From: a virus
Taxonomy: Duplodnaviria; Caudoviricetes
DNA: 64,000 nt
Reading direction: 5' to 3' (one strand)
Virus record (IMG/VR): IMGVR_UViG_3300050011_000061
Coordinates: 7,921 to 71,920 of that record
Positions 1-9,750 of the stretch are shown in pieces. The notes under the pieces are model-generated. The model had not been told where the DNA came from and did no database searches. It worked only from the letters and a program-made list of their open reading frames with translations. How positions within the stretch are numbered: position 1 is the first letter of the stretch; each line of letters starts with the position of its first letter. A program made the translations under genes and the position numbers.

Positions 1-284
1 TCATTGCGAACCTTGTCCGCGAACGTAGCCCAAGACCATTTCTGCTCAGGGGTTACATCCTTTTCATCGCCACCGACAAAGAACAGCGCGTGCGCCACGG
101 CATTGCCGAGCGTAAGTGGCTTGCAATGCGAGCAATCCTTGTCGCCTTCCGACTTGGTGAATTGATCGTCAATTGGCTTGCCTGCATCGTCATGCAGGAT
201 GGTTGTCATATCGACGGTGCGTGGCTTGTCCTGGGCATAAGCAGGCGAACATAACAATGACAGAGCGATGATTAGATATTTCAT
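1..284 (-). CDS. Small secreted protein, partial (runs off window edge)
   Basis: Read manually: MKYLIIALSLLCSPAYA-QDKPRTVDMT...DCSHCKP...; ATG at 284 overlaps the upstream TGA; signal-peptide-like N-terminus. Confidence 0.7.
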   Translation of the reverse strand, partial: MKYLIIALSLLCSPAYAQDKPRTVDMTTILHDDAGKPIDDQFTKSEGDKDCSHCKPLTLGNAVAHALFFVGGDEKDVTPEQKWSWATFADKVRN

Positions 285-457
285 TTTGAGCACCATTCTG
301 GGAATGAGACACCTTTTTCAAGCGAGAATACAGGTTTGCCGTTAATCTCAGCGCTAAGGCGCATGTTCAGTGCGCGCAATTCAGGAGATTGCTGTTGCGG
401 CGCTTGAGCTTGAGCGGCCCCACACATAAACAGAAAACAGAAAAGTAGACGTTTCAT
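281..457 (-). CDS. Small secreted protein (58 aa)
   Basis: Read manually: MKRLLFCFLFMCGAAQA-QAPQQQSPELRALN...; TAATG coupling with the upstream fibre gene. Confidence 0.65.
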   Translation of the reverse strand: MKRLLFCFLFMCGAAQAQAPQQQSPELRALNMRLSAEINGKPVFSLEKGVSFPEWCSK

Positions 458-2274
458 TAGCGCAGTGTCCTCTTCAATTGTTCGATTTCCGCCTGCTGTT
501 GCTGCACCGCCCGAACTAGCACAGGCACGACTCCGAGATAGTCAAACGTGTTCGGCCTGCCGCTTGCATCAACGCCCATCAAATCTGGAAGCACCGTCCC
601 ACCCTGTTCGGCCGTGAAGCCATAGAGCAAGTGATCTGGGTTTCCGTGATCGGCATTGAGATAGTAGCTGACCGGGCGAAGCTGCATGATCTGGTCTAGG
701 CCGGCGTTTAGTTCCGCAATGCTGTGCTTATAGCGCGCGGACGATGTGCCGAGACAGATACCGATGGTGCCGGAGCCTGAGTAAAGCGAGTGAGTAGTCG
801 TATCCTCACAAACCGTGGCATCGGTATGGGCAGTATCAGCAGTAATGGACGGCAACAGGACGGTTCCACCAGAAGTATCGACCGTCAAATAAACCGCCCC
901 GCCGCCTGCTTTTTGAACACGAAATGCCGAAGTGCTATCCGTTCCTGGTCGGAACAAATGTCCAACATTGCCTTTGCTAACGTATAATATTTCTATGTTT
1001 GTGTCGGAGCCAATAGCGTTAAGCGTCACAATTCCTGGCGTTCCCGTAACACCACCAGTCAGCCCAAATTGGTCGGCGCAGGTGCCACCGCAATCCTGCA
1101 CAACCGCGGAAACACCATTCGTAACCGTACCTAAACTAAGCGTTCCGGTGCCTGCACTCTCAATCAATAGAGCACGCGAAGCATCTACACCAGTTCCTTG
1201 AATTGTAGCTGCGACTCCAGTAGTTGTTGAAACAACTTTAATGCCGTTGTGAGTAGCATCCGCGCCGATAGAATTAGCAAATATGTTAAAACTGCCGTCA
1301 ATCTTTCCATTCGATCCCGGCCCAAGTAAAATGTTATTTGTGATTGTAGAATAATTGCTAAGGTCAAACCCAGACCCGATAGTTCCGCAGTTTCCAGTAT
1401 TGGCGTGCGGATAACAGGCAAAAATTTTGCCGGTTGATTTAAGAGAGTGATACCCGGCGAATGATCCATCCAATAAAAGATAGTCCCACCCCGTTGCACC
1501 AGTTGCATTGTTTGCTGAATAGGCAACTCCAAATTGATTTGGAGACACAGTAGATGAGCCATCTTGGACAATTTGCATTCCAATCATTTGATCGGCACTT
1601 GCTCCGGTTCGCAAACTCATATCTATTTCAAGGCCAACTCCTTGGCTCCAATCAGTTGCACCGGATAAAAATCGAACATATGGATTAAGTCCGAACAAGG
1701 AGCCTGCGCCGTTTCCGGTACCCGATGTTCCTCCCACATTTACGCTGGCCTGAGCGGTCAATCCTATTGTCGAATATTGTGAATTGGTGTCGGAAGGAAC
1801 CGCATTGAGATTTAAATCAAATTGAGCAAGCGAGCGGCCACCTTTCATCCCAGTGCCGCCATAGTTTCCTGAAAAATAAAACGTGTAAAGAGACACGCCC
1901 GATCCGCTGGCATCAACCGTGTCTGAGTTCATAAGAAACAAATTCAGCGAACATCGGCCAGAGTTACACGCCCCTGTCGCCGTATCCGTCGATGTTATTC
2001 CGCGCATGCCCGCACTTGAGGATGCGCCTGCGCCGTAGTTAATAGTTGAACTTAGATTTAACCCTGTAGGAAGAGAGACATACCCCGGCGACGACGCCAG
2101 CGCCGAACTATCCTGTATCTGCGTCGTGCCAAGGCCAACGATTACGTCGCCAGCGGTGACAGTGCCGGGCAACGGATTGGTTCCACCGGAACCTGGCGGG
2201 AGAGGCCCAATCGTCTGCGCGTGCAGAGACGTGGCGAACAACAGGCCGAAGATAAGTGCTAAGATTTTTTTCAT
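457..2274 (-). CDS. Fibre/spike-like protein with N-terminal signal peptide and C-terminal peptidase S74 intramolecular chaperone
   Basis: G/S/T-rich body; C-terminus TSSARYKHSI...LRPVSY...YGFTAE...LVRAVQQQQAEIEQLK is S74-like; N-terminus MKKILALIFGLLFATSLHA-Q. Confidence 0.8.
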   Translation of the reverse strand: MKKILALIFGLLFATSLHAQTIGPLPPGSGGTNPLPGTVTAGDVIVGLGTTQIQDSSALASSPGYVSLPTGLNLSSTINYGAGASSSAGMRGITSTDTATGACNSGRCSLNLFLMNSDTVDASGSGVSLYTFYFSGNYGGTGMKGGRSLAQFDLNLNAVPSDTNSQYSTIGLTAQASVNVGGTSGTGNGAGSLFGLNPYVRFLSGATDWSQGVGLEIDMSLRTGASADQMIGMQIVQDGSSTVSPNQFGVAYSANNATGATGWDYLLLDGSFAGYHSLKSTGKIFACYPHANTGNCGTIGSGFDLSNYSTITNNILLGPGSNGKIDGSFNIFANSIGADATHNGIKVVSTTTGVAATIQGTGVDASRALLIESAGTGTLSLGTVTNGVSAVVQDCGGTCADQFGLTGGVTGTPGIVTLNAIGSDTNIEILYVSKGNVGHLFRPGTDSTSAFRVQKAGGGAVYLTVDTSGGTVLLPSITADTAHTDATVCEDTTTHSLYSGSGTIGICLGTSSARYKHSIAELNAGLDQIMQLRPVSYYLNADHGNPDHLLYGFTAEQGGTVLPDLMGVDASGRPNTFDYLGVVPVLVRAVQQQQAEIEQLKRTLR

Positions 2275-2275
2275 G

Positions 2276-2731
2276 TCACTGGCTCGTCACAATGTAGCCG
2301 TCACCAGAGGTACCGGTGATGTCAACGGCATCTGTTAAAACGATTGTTCCGGCAGTACAGGAAATTGTTTGGCCGGGGTTGATCTGGAAAGCATTAGAGG
2401 TTGTGGCGCTACCAATGGTGCCAAAGTAAATGTACTGCACATGCGCTCCGGTGTTTTGCAGCAAACAGCCTTTGCGCGTGCTTGATGAGGCGAGAGCTGC
2501 CTGGAACGTATTGGTGACGGAGATCGTTGAATTGGTTGTAGTTGTCGTGGCGCCAGAAGTGGTGCTCGCATTGATACACAGCTTTCCGTTAGTATCAATA
2601 TACAAGTCACCGCTGAAGCCCGTCACCGCCGTTATCGATGAGCAGGATGACACTACAACGACAGCATTAGCCGGCAGCGGCACTAGCAACCAGGCACAAG
2701 CTAGTACGATAGCAGTAATTATCTTTTTCAT
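2276..2731 (-). CDS. Secreted beta-rich protein, possibly structural
   Basis: Likely start MKKIITAIVLACAWLLVPLPANA at 2731; T/S-rich with four Cys in the mature part. Confidence 0.7.
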   Translation of the reverse strand: MKKIITAIVLACAWLLVPLPANAVVVVSSCSSITAVTGFSGDLYIDTNGKLCINASTTSGATTTTTNSTISVTNTFQAALASSSTRKGCLLQNTGAHVQYIYFGTIGSATTSNAFQINPGQTISCTAGTIVLTDAVDITGTSGDGYIVTSQ

Positions 2732-2747
2732 TGCCACATTTTCCTCA

Positions 2748-2948
2748 TCATGCATGAGCCCAGAAGTGCATAGACAGAACACCAACCAGCACGCCGAACC
2801 AGAACGGGATGATTGGCCACTGGCGCGTCCACTTGCGGATGTGATCGGATAGTGTGCCCGCTGTGCCGTTGCGATAATAGCTGACCGCTTCCAGCGCGCC
2901 GAGGCTTACGATGAAGCAACCGATCCAGATCAGCCAGATCACAGTCAC
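2748..2948 (-). CDS. Small membrane protein (2 TM)
   Basis: Two hydrophobic segments; GTGA overlap with the upstream gene. Confidence 0.6.
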   Translation of the reverse strand: MTVIWLIWIGCFIVSLGALEAVSYYRNGTAGTLSDHIRKWTRQWPIIPFWFGVLVGVLSMHFWAHA

Positions 2949-3391
2949 GGTATTGAAACAAGCGCCGCGGCTGTGACTAGCGCCGTGATCTGATCTGCCG
3001 TTAAGCCTATAGCCTCACCGAGCGCGAGTAGCGTCGTCGAGTTGGCTGGAATTACATTGGTGCCGTGCGCGAAGAACGCCGACACCGCCGAATTGTTGAG
3101 CGCAGCAACCGCAGCTTGTGCCGCGGTCCACTGCGTCGGTGTCATAACCGACTGCAACTGCCAGAGCTGACAACTTGGAATCGGCGCGGGTGGTGCCACA
3201 TAAGCAGCAATTGCGCCAAAGTCGCCAGCAACTGCTCTGCTAAAAATTTCAGCGCCATGTGCTTCATAATCTGTAGCAGTTGCTGTAAACGGTATAGTCC
3301 CTAATGTATCAAACGTTACTTGGCAATTGATCATAGTATGCGCAGCATCAGCCCATTGGCAATCAGCGACCGTTGTGTATGCCAGTGTCAT
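2945..3391 (-). CDS. Tail-fibre assembly/chaperone-like protein
   Basis: CQVTFDTLGTIPFTA...D.E.HG.EIF..A.AGDFG.IA.Y pattern typical of fibre-assembly proteins; directly follows a fibre gene. Confidence 0.65.
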   Translation of the reverse strand: MTLAYTTVADCQWADAAHTMINCQVTFDTLGTIPFTATATDYEAHGAEIFSRAVAGDFGAIAAYVAPPAPIPSCQLWQLQSVMTPTQWTAAQAAVAALNNSAVSAFFAHGTNVIPANSTTLLALGEAIGLTADQITALVTAAALVSIP

Positions 3392-3403
3392 TTGTTTTTC
3401 CGT

Positions 3404-4639
3404 TTAAGCTATTCTAACAAAAAGACCTATATAATATTGGGGAACTTGGTTTCCAGTAATATTTCTCCAAGTGCCACTTTGTGGGGTGCCAGCGCCATTT
3501 ACAGTGGTGGTAGCCAAATTAAAGTTGCACAAATTTAATGCTGATCCAGCTACCGTTGCCTCATCAGAAACGAAGCTAACACCACTTAACAGCACCGGAC
3601 CGGACCATCCAACTGGCATAGTACCGTTCGTCGGTATCGGCGCGTAAGCAGCCAAGGCTGCCGCAGCAGCTCTTGACGTGTCGGTAGGATGGATGTGATC
3701 GATGCGGGCGCCGTGGGTTGAGGTCCCAGCCGATGCTGTACCATCAACTACCGGCGTCTCAGTAGCGGCAAGCTGGGCGAGGACGAACTGCGCGGTAGCA
3801 ATCGCCGTCGAGTTAGTGTCACGCGCCACCGTTGTGGTAGTCGGCGTGCCGCTGAACGCCGGCCCCGCCAACAGCGCATAAGCTGACAAGTCGGGGGTCG
3901 GGGCATCATCCCAAGTACCGCGCGCCGTTAAATACTTCGGGTCGGTGCCGTCACCTGCGGCCGGTGCCGGTACCAAACCCCTGACGCCGACTGCGGTCCC
4001 GGATGCCCCCACCATGTCCGGCACCGCGGACGTGATGGTACTGATAGGTATGGCCGTGGGCGACGCCGCCCCAGTGCCGTTGTTGCCGACCAACGTGCTG
4101 CCGGCTTGAACCGCCAGGTTGCTTAGCGCGATGCCAGTGACGGTCGTATAGGTTGGCGAAACACGGTGCCAAGTATTGTCGGAGCCACCGCTGTAGACAA
4201 TCCAATCGCCGACGCTCCAGGTGGAGACGCCAGAAACTGTAGCAGTGCCGGCGACGTTGCAGATGTAGAAATTGCCGCTGATACCGCTGCCAGAGGCAAG
4301 ATGTGGCGAGTTAGTACTACCATTCCAAACACCGAGATAACTCAAACCGCCAAGCACCGACGATGGCAGCTCAGCGGTTGGAATACGCCCGGTGGCGTCA
4401 AGCGTCGCCACGCCATTGGAGGTGCCCAGCAGCCGATCGAAGTAGGCAGTGGTCGCCAACAACGCCGAGTTACTATTTTGCGCCGGCGTCGGTGCCGTCG
4501 GCAGTCCGGTAAAATTAGGAGAGTTTAGTGGGGCTGCGCCAGCTAGAGAAGCTGCCGCGGCTGCCGCCTCGTTGGCCGCGATGACGCATTGGGCCAGCAA
4601 CGACTCACACTGCCGAATAATCTGGGACGTGGTCGTCAT
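3404..4639 (-). CDS. Fibre-like structural protein
   Basis: Two APLNSPNFTG.PTAPT...NS..LATTAY/FV repeats typical of phage fibres; C-terminal GTWR...LFVRIA fibre tip motif. Confidence 0.75.
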   Translation of the reverse strand: MTTTSQIIRQCESLLAQCVIAANEAAAAAASLAGAAPLNSPNFTGLPTAPTPAQNSNSALLATTAYFDRLLGTSNGVATLDATGRIPTAELPSSVLGGLSYLGVWNGSTNSPHLASGSGISGNFYICNVAGTATVSGVSTWSVGDWIVYSGGSDNTWHRVSPTYTTVTGIALSNLAVQAGSTLVGNNGTGAASPTAIPISTITSAVPDMVGASGTAVGVRGLVPAPAAGDGTDPKYLTARGTWDDAPTPDLSAYALLAGPAFSGTPTTTTVARDTNSTAIATAQFVLAQLAATETPVVDGTASAGTSTHGARIDHIHPTDTSRAAAAALAAYAPIPTNGTMPVGWSGPVLLSGVSFVSDEATVAGSALNLCNFNLATTTVNGAGTPQSGTWRNITGNQVPQYYIGLFVRIA

Positions 4640-5148
4640 TCTTTTACCTTGACGCTGCCAGGGTAGACCTCATCACGCGGGGTAACATGGATGCGTCGTA
4701 GCATGATCAGCAACTTGTCCTTGCCAACTGATATCTGATGGCCCAAGTCATAATCGCGCATGGCATAGATCTTTGGGTCTTTCTTCCGCAGCCGCTTCTT
4801 GAACGGTATCGGCGCGCCGATGGTAAGAGCGCGAAGCCTAACCGAGCTGAACGAACAGTTGGTAGCACCAGCAACCTTGGACAGCCCTATTTCGCCGCGA
4901 GCACACTTGCGGATAAGTTCGTCGTCCTGCTCGGTGAAATATAGCCGACGACGACGCTGCGGAAACACCAACCCTATGCGCTTGGCATGGTAGGCGATGG
5001 TGGTCTTGGCCGCTTCAAGTCGGTAACAAGTCTCAGTGACCGTAAGGCCGTCGACTGCACACTGTATCAACTCGGGGTCGGTGAACTTACGCAGCTTTGA
5101 GTGTGATAGCACTTGTGCCAAGTGACGGCGTTCAGAGAAGATGGTCAC
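4636..5148 (-). CDS. Hypothetical basic protein with possible tandem HTH/Myb-like repeats
   Basis: FTDPELIQ.../FTEQDDELIRK... repeats; overlapping start/stop codons with both neighbours. Confidence 0.55.
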   Translation of the reverse strand: MTIFSERRHLAQVLSHSKLRKFTDPELIQCAVDGLTVTETCYRLEAAKTTIAYHAKRIGLVFPQRRRRLYFTEQDDELIRKCARGEIGLSKVAGATNCSFSSVRLRALTIGAPIPFKKRLRKKDPKIYAMRDYDLGHQISVGKDKLLIMLRRIHVTPRDEVYPGSVKVKE

Positions 5149-5963
5149 ATGTCAAGTCCCGGTATGACCGAACGCGACACGCAACGGCAGTTTATCAATT
5201 CGCCAGGCAGGATAAATTTCCCCTCATCGGGGTCATACCAGCCTTCAGATATTTTATACCGCTTACCGTTGTTCTTGACGTGACTTGGCCTCGGCGTCTT
5301 GCCACCGTGCGAATGCATCCAAATAGCTTCGGTAATCTTCATTTCTTTTTGTCTGGCACGCTGCATGGCAGCAGTCGCCAAGTTGTTCTGGCTACGCGCT
5401 ATAAGCGCGGCCCGCCGCTTAGTGACGCCTAATTGTTCTCGAAGCTCTTTAGCCAGTCCGCCAATATCGCGACCGGTCTGGACCGACCGCATCACCATGC
5501 CCTCAACTTGACTGAGGTATGTAGCTGGGATGCTCTTGATCAGTGCGACGTTCTGATGAATAGTGGCGTCGATGATGTCGCGCATTGCCGGCGTCATGGT
5601 AAAGCCCACCGCAAAGCCGCCCTTCCTCAAGGCCGATAAGAGAGCCGCATCGCTGCGCTGGCTGACGTCCTGCGCAAAGTAATGGGCCAGCTCAGTGGCG
5701 GCTTGGTCGAAGTTGTACATCCACTGACGCACCAGCTGCTGGACGGCGGCCTGTAGCTCGCTGGCAGGCGTTGCGTCTTGGGCCAATTCAGGTCGCAGTC
5801 GTTTGTACTGCTGCTCGATCCAGTGCTGGACTGAGACGCCCATCTTCTCAATCAGCTCAACCAGCCGACGCCGGTAGGCTACCTCGAGGCCAATATTAGG
5901 GCGCACGGGGCGTAGCACCTTGTCAGTGCGATCGCGATCCTTGCGGTAGATGTAAGGGGCCAT
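5145..5963 (-). CDS. Head morphogenesis protein (SPP1 gp7 / Mu F family)
   Basis: RAALIARSQ..., W.HS.G...PRPSH, PGELINCRC motifs; position downstream of portal; likely start ATG 5963. Confidence 0.9.
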   Translation of the reverse strand: MAPYIYRKDRDRTDKVLRPVRPNIGLEVAYRRRLVELIEKMGVSVQHWIEQQYKRLRPELAQDATPASELQAAVQQLVRQWMYNFDQAATELAHYFAQDVSQRSDAALLSALRKGGFAVGFTMTPAMRDIIDATIHQNVALIKSIPATYLSQVEGMVMRSVQTGRDIGGLAKELREQLGVTKRRAALIARSQNNLATAAMQRARQKEMKITEAIWMHSHGGKTPRPSHVKNNGKRYKISEGWYDPDEGKFILPGELINCRCVSRSVIPGLDM

Positions 5964-6154
5964 TAGGACGCCAGCAGACAAGCTATTGCACTGATCACGA
6001 TTATTGCAGCGAGAGACAACAAGCCATTATTATTGCGAATGACCCAAGGCACCGGTGGCAACATATCGTGGTACTCACGTCTCCTGGTGATCCTTACGAA
6101 CAGGACCCCTTCGGCGGCAAGCGCGTCTCTTAGATGAACAGTGGTAAGGCTCAT
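5963..6154 (-). CDS. Small membrane protein
   Basis: C-terminal hydrophobic helix; TAATG coupling to the head morphogenesis gene. Confidence 0.5.
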   Translation of the reverse strand: MSLTTVHLRDALAAEGVLFVRITRRREYHDMLPPVPWVIRNNNGLLSLAAIIVISAIACLLAS

Positions 6155-6326
6155 ATCAACCCATCGTCACTCTAAGCACCACCATCGACAGCACAATCAT
6201 TACCACCAGCAAACTACCGTAGCCAATAATCTGTGCCATGAAACCCGTCCCGGCGCTCGACTGCACTCGTCTTCACTACGGCTGACCTGTGGTTGAGGAG
6301 TCGTCGAAGGCGCCGGGAGGTAACAA

Positions 6327-6512
6327 TCATAACTGGATCAAGGCGAAGAGCACGACTGCAGCTATAATGGCAACAACGAACACGACGGCAAAGCCTGCCC
6401 AATATAAGTAGTCCCGCCGGCTTGGCCTAGCTACTTTGGCGTTCGGGTATAGATGAGCGGTTGACACCTTCTTGACGCGAAGCTGGATCAAGCGCGGATG
6501 CTCGTCTGCCAT
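6327..6512 (-). CDS. Small membrane protein
   Basis: C-terminal TM helix; TGATG coupling to the portal stop. Confidence 0.55.
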   Translation of the reverse strand: MADEHPRLIQLRVKKVSTAHLYPNAKVARPSRRDYLYWAGFAVVFVVAIIAAVVLFALIQL

Positions 6513-8215
6513 CAGTCTTTACCCGCCTTCTGTGATGCCGGTCCCTCGCCCTTCTTGGTGGTGCCCCTCAAGCTTATATTCTGCCCCTTCAAAGGCTCAC
6601 CGGTAGCCGGGTCAACCTCCGGCGCAGGCGGCTCCGGCATGTCTTCCACATCCAAGCTGGCATACGGCGCGTCAACGTCAGCCGCGATGCGTTGCCGCAC
6701 TTCCTCAGACGCCAGCGCCCCTACGCCGTTCACAAGGATGTCGTCAGTCTCGGCATCCATCTTGCGGATAGTTGCCTCCTGCAGTGCGTCGATCGACCAC
6801 AGCTCCTCGAACCTGATAGTGATGGCCGGGTCAACCTCGCCCCACAGACTGAGCTGGCAGAAGTCAATAACGCGCGACAAGCCAGGGCGGAAGAACTGCT
6901 CCTGGAACGCATGGATAGTGTCGTAGAAGGCGCGAATCTCGCCCTCGCTCGAAGCGTTCAAGCCGGCCGGGCTAACGCCCAACAGCTTAACCAACGGAAT
7001 ACGCGACACCGAAGCCATGTGCTCCTGGCTCTGCGCCTGCAGTGAGTCCAAGGTACTCAATGGCGTCGTAACGTTCTTAAAGTCCTCGGTGTCCTTGTTA
7101 AGCGCGAAGATGCCACGGTTGTCACGCAGCGAGTTAAACATATCGAGCCGGTTGAACATGGCATCGCCGGTCGTGCTGCCCGCATCCGAGCCATCGAGCG
7201 CCGCATTGCTGGAACTAATCATCGCGCTCATGTCCGTCATCAGCACCATCACCGAGAAGCTGTGGATCAGGTCGTTGACCGACTGGCGCGTGGTCAACCA
7301 GTTGTCGACGTAGGGCTTGGCAATTTGGCTGCGTGATAGGCCGCCGAAGGCGTAAGCCGGCTTTAAGATGTCCGGCACCTTGTTGCCGACGAACGTCAGC
7401 AGCCGCGAGGCGTGGATCTCCTTGGACATGCAGAACCAGACTTCTGGATTGTACCAGTCCGGTCGCAGCGGGTCGTTGGAGTTGTAGCGCTGAGGGTAAC
7501 ACCAGATCGGCTCGATCACGGCCAGGCGCTGCAGCGGGTTCTTTGGGTTGACCTTCATCTTGCTGCGGTCGTTGCGACCGTCGCCAAGGTCCTGGGCCAA
7601 CTCGTCCCGATCGTCAGTGTCGCCGGTGTCGAGGTACAAATGCGTGCGACCGAAGAAGCCGTCCTGTTCCGCCAGTTGGTAGAACACATCGCGCACATTG
7701 AGCCGGTCGAGATAATCTTCCAGCTCCTTAATCTTATCGGTCTTGTCCTCGGCCTCCTCGTCGCCCTCGGACGCCTCGAGCTTGATCCACTTGCGGGTCA
7801 TCTCGGTGGCAATCACCGAACTGATAACGCGGTATTCGGGGCGCTGGCTGAGTTCGGACAGATAGGCGTAACCGAGGAACGTTAAGCCCTCCGACCACAT
7901 GCCGGAGATGGTGGCTTGCGCCGCCCAAGTCAGCGCGCCGGACATCGCCTCGTCCATCGCCAGGCTGTGACCGGCAGGCACAACACCTGGCGGCGGTTGG
8001 TACGGCTCAAACGGATTGATGCGCGGCTTGCTGTCCAACTGGCGCGTCTTCTTCAGCGCCCTGGCGCGAGCAAGCGTGAAGTCATGAACCTTGAACGGCG
8101 GCTTGGTCGGCTTATTGGCCTCAACCACAGTGACCTTCTTCGGCACACGCTTACCGCGACGACGCTCCTGACGCACGGTCTCTTGGAGGATCTTCTTGAG
8201 CTTAGAGCGTTTCAT
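6512..8215 (-). CDS. Portal protein (DUF1073-type)
   Basis: FLGYAYLSELSQRPEYR, IHASRLL, IPLVKLLGVSPAGLNASSEGEIRAFYD motifs; lies between terminase and head morphogenesis gene; probable start ATG 8215. Confidence 0.9.
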   Translation of the reverse strand: MKRSKLKKILQETVRQERRRGKRVPKKVTVVEANKPTKPPFKVHDFTLARARALKKTRQLDSKPRINPFEPYQPPPGVVPAGHSLAMDEAMSGALTWAAQATISGMWSEGLTFLGYAYLSELSQRPEYRVISSVIATEMTRKWIKLEASEGDEEAEDKTDKIKELEDYLDRLNVRDVFYQLAEQDGFFGRTHLYLDTGDTDDRDELAQDLGDGRNDRSKMKVNPKNPLQRLAVIEPIWCYPQRYNSNDPLRPDWYNPEVWFCMSKEIHASRLLTFVGNKVPDILKPAYAFGGLSRSQIAKPYVDNWLTTRQSVNDLIHSFSVMVLMTDMSAMISSSNAALDGSDAGSTTGDAMFNRLDMFNSLRDNRGIFALNKDTEDFKNVTTPLSTLDSLQAQSQEHMASVSRIPLVKLLGVSPAGLNASSEGEIRAFYDTIHAFQEQFFRPGLSRVIDFCQLSLWGEVDPAITIRFEELWSIDALQEATIRKMDAETDDILVNGVGALASEEVRQRIAADVDAPYASLDVEDMPEPPAPEVDPATGEPLKGQNISLRGTTKKGEGPASQKAGKD

Positions 8216-8364
8216 TTTGATCCACGCAGGCCGAGGACAACTCGGCAACCCGACATCTTTTTCCTCGACAGCCGGGGTCCTGTGACCAGAGCGGGCAACT
8301 TAATCCCGTTGTAGTCCGAGGTGGTGACCGTCCCACTAAAGGGTTTCTGCGTAGAACTCTTCAC

Positions 8365-9750
8365 TTAAAACCGCGTCCTACCGCGCATCGGCATCGAGGC
8401 GCGTTGTAGCATGCCGGCGGAGATGACCATGGGCGCGCGCACATGGCCACGATGCATCACGGCCAACGCCAGCGAACACACACAGTCGTCGTGGAAACCT
8501 TCGGGAGCCGTATACCTTACGCCGGTCCTCGTATACTCGTACTCAAAGTCATCAAGTTCATTTCGAATTACCCCATCAGGGAAACTTATGCTGCCACTCT
8601 GGATGGCCACCGCCAAGCCTTCCATCAGTTGCTGCTTGGAGCCGGAGGTAAACTTGTAACCTTGGAACGAGGAACCTGGCACCTTCTCCAGCATGCCGGC
8701 CCTGTCCTCGTAATTCTGCGGCGGGGCACCCGAGCGCTTCTGCAGCATCTCCACCACCGGATCACCAAGACCAGTACTGTCCACCAGTGCCGGCGTGCCG
8801 CCGGTTACTTTCTTGATGCGCTCAATGGCCTCGGGCCATGGCATCTGGAAGCGTTCAATACGGCACACCGCGCCGCTTCCATCAAGCGCCGTACCAACGG
8901 TCCAGTCGACGCTCTTGCCCAAATCCCAACCCCAGACTTTGGGGGCACCGGCCGACATTGGCTTGACGCAGGCTGCTATCGCCGCCAGGCCAAATGGATT
9001 GCCACCGTCGTCGGATGGCTCTGCCAGATACAATTCACGAAAGACTTGTTCCGGTAGATCGCGTTTAGCTTCCGCAATTTCTTGGTCGGCAAGGACACCG
9101 GCAGCAACTGCGTCGGAGGCAACAATCTTGAAGTGAGCCATCCCCGGCTCACCGCTCTCCGCCTTGCGCGCCAAAGCATAGAACCAATTCTTGCGCCCTT
9201 TGACATTCCCAATAAAGCGAACAGGGCCACGAGTGGCAGTAATAGTAGAGCGGATCGCATGCCAGCTCTCCTCGCGCATACGGGAGGCTTCGTCGAGCAC
9301 TGCGGCGTAGACGTCTTCACCATATAGATTATCAGGCTTCTCGGCGCTCTTGAACCAAATCACCGTGCCGGAAACATTTATCCGAAGAATCAAATCACCA
9401 TCGTTGGAATGAAACGTGCCCTCGGGATAGGCGCGCTTCATACGGGTGTAGGCAATGTTGGCCTGAACGTAGACCGGCGCCACCCACCAATAGTTCTGCC
9501 CAGCTTTGCCGAACAGCGCCTGCTCAAACAACCATGCGATGCAGCCAACAGTCTTGCCGGTTTTGGTGGCGGCCTCAATTAAGCTGAAGCGCGCCAGCGC
9601 GCCGGAAGGATCGCGCGGGTAAAATATGGCATGCTCTTGCTTCGGATAAAGCCAGGGCCGCTCGTAGGTGACATCAACGACGTCGCCATCAGCCGGTACG
9701 CTTGACGAAGGGGACGACGTCTCCTCGGTAGGCTGCTCGTTCAGCGTCAT
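8365..9750 (-). CDS. terL: Terminase large subunit
   Basis: Walker A-like ATKTGKT, Walker B AVLDEA, nuclease WDLG and HDDCV motifs. Confidence 0.93.
   Translation of the reverse strand: MTLNEQPTEETSSPSSSVPADGDVVDVTYERPWLYPKQEHAIFYPRDPSGALARFSLIEAATKTGKTVGCIAWLFEQALFGKAGQNYWWVAPVYVQANIAYTRMKRAYPEGTFHSNDGDLILRINVSGTVIWFKSAEKPDNLYGEDVYAAVLDEASRMREESWHAIRSTITATRGPVRFIGNVKGRKNWFYALARKAESGEPGMAHFKIVASDAVAAGVLADQEIAEAKRDLPEQVFRELYLAEPSDDGGNPFGLAAIAACVKPMSAGAPKVWGWDLGKSVDWTVGTALDGSGAVCRIERFQMPWPEAIERIKKVTGGTPALVDSTGLGDPVVEMLQKRSGAPPQNYEDRAGMLEKVPGSSFQGYKFTSGSKQQLMEGLAVAIQSGSISFPDGVIRNELDDFEYEYTRTGVRYTAPEGFHDDCVCSLALAVMHRGHVRAPMVISAGMLQRASMPMRGRTRF

Noticed and set aside
457-4639. Diversity-generating retroelement or invertible fibre cassette
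   Set aside because: No reverse transcriptase, invertase or template/variable repeat pair was noticed in the window.
6512-8215. Anti-CBASS Acb1 label sometimes attached to DUF1073 proteins
   Set aside because: Size and position between terL and the head morphogenesis gene indicate a portal; no separate phosphoesterase domain was recognised.
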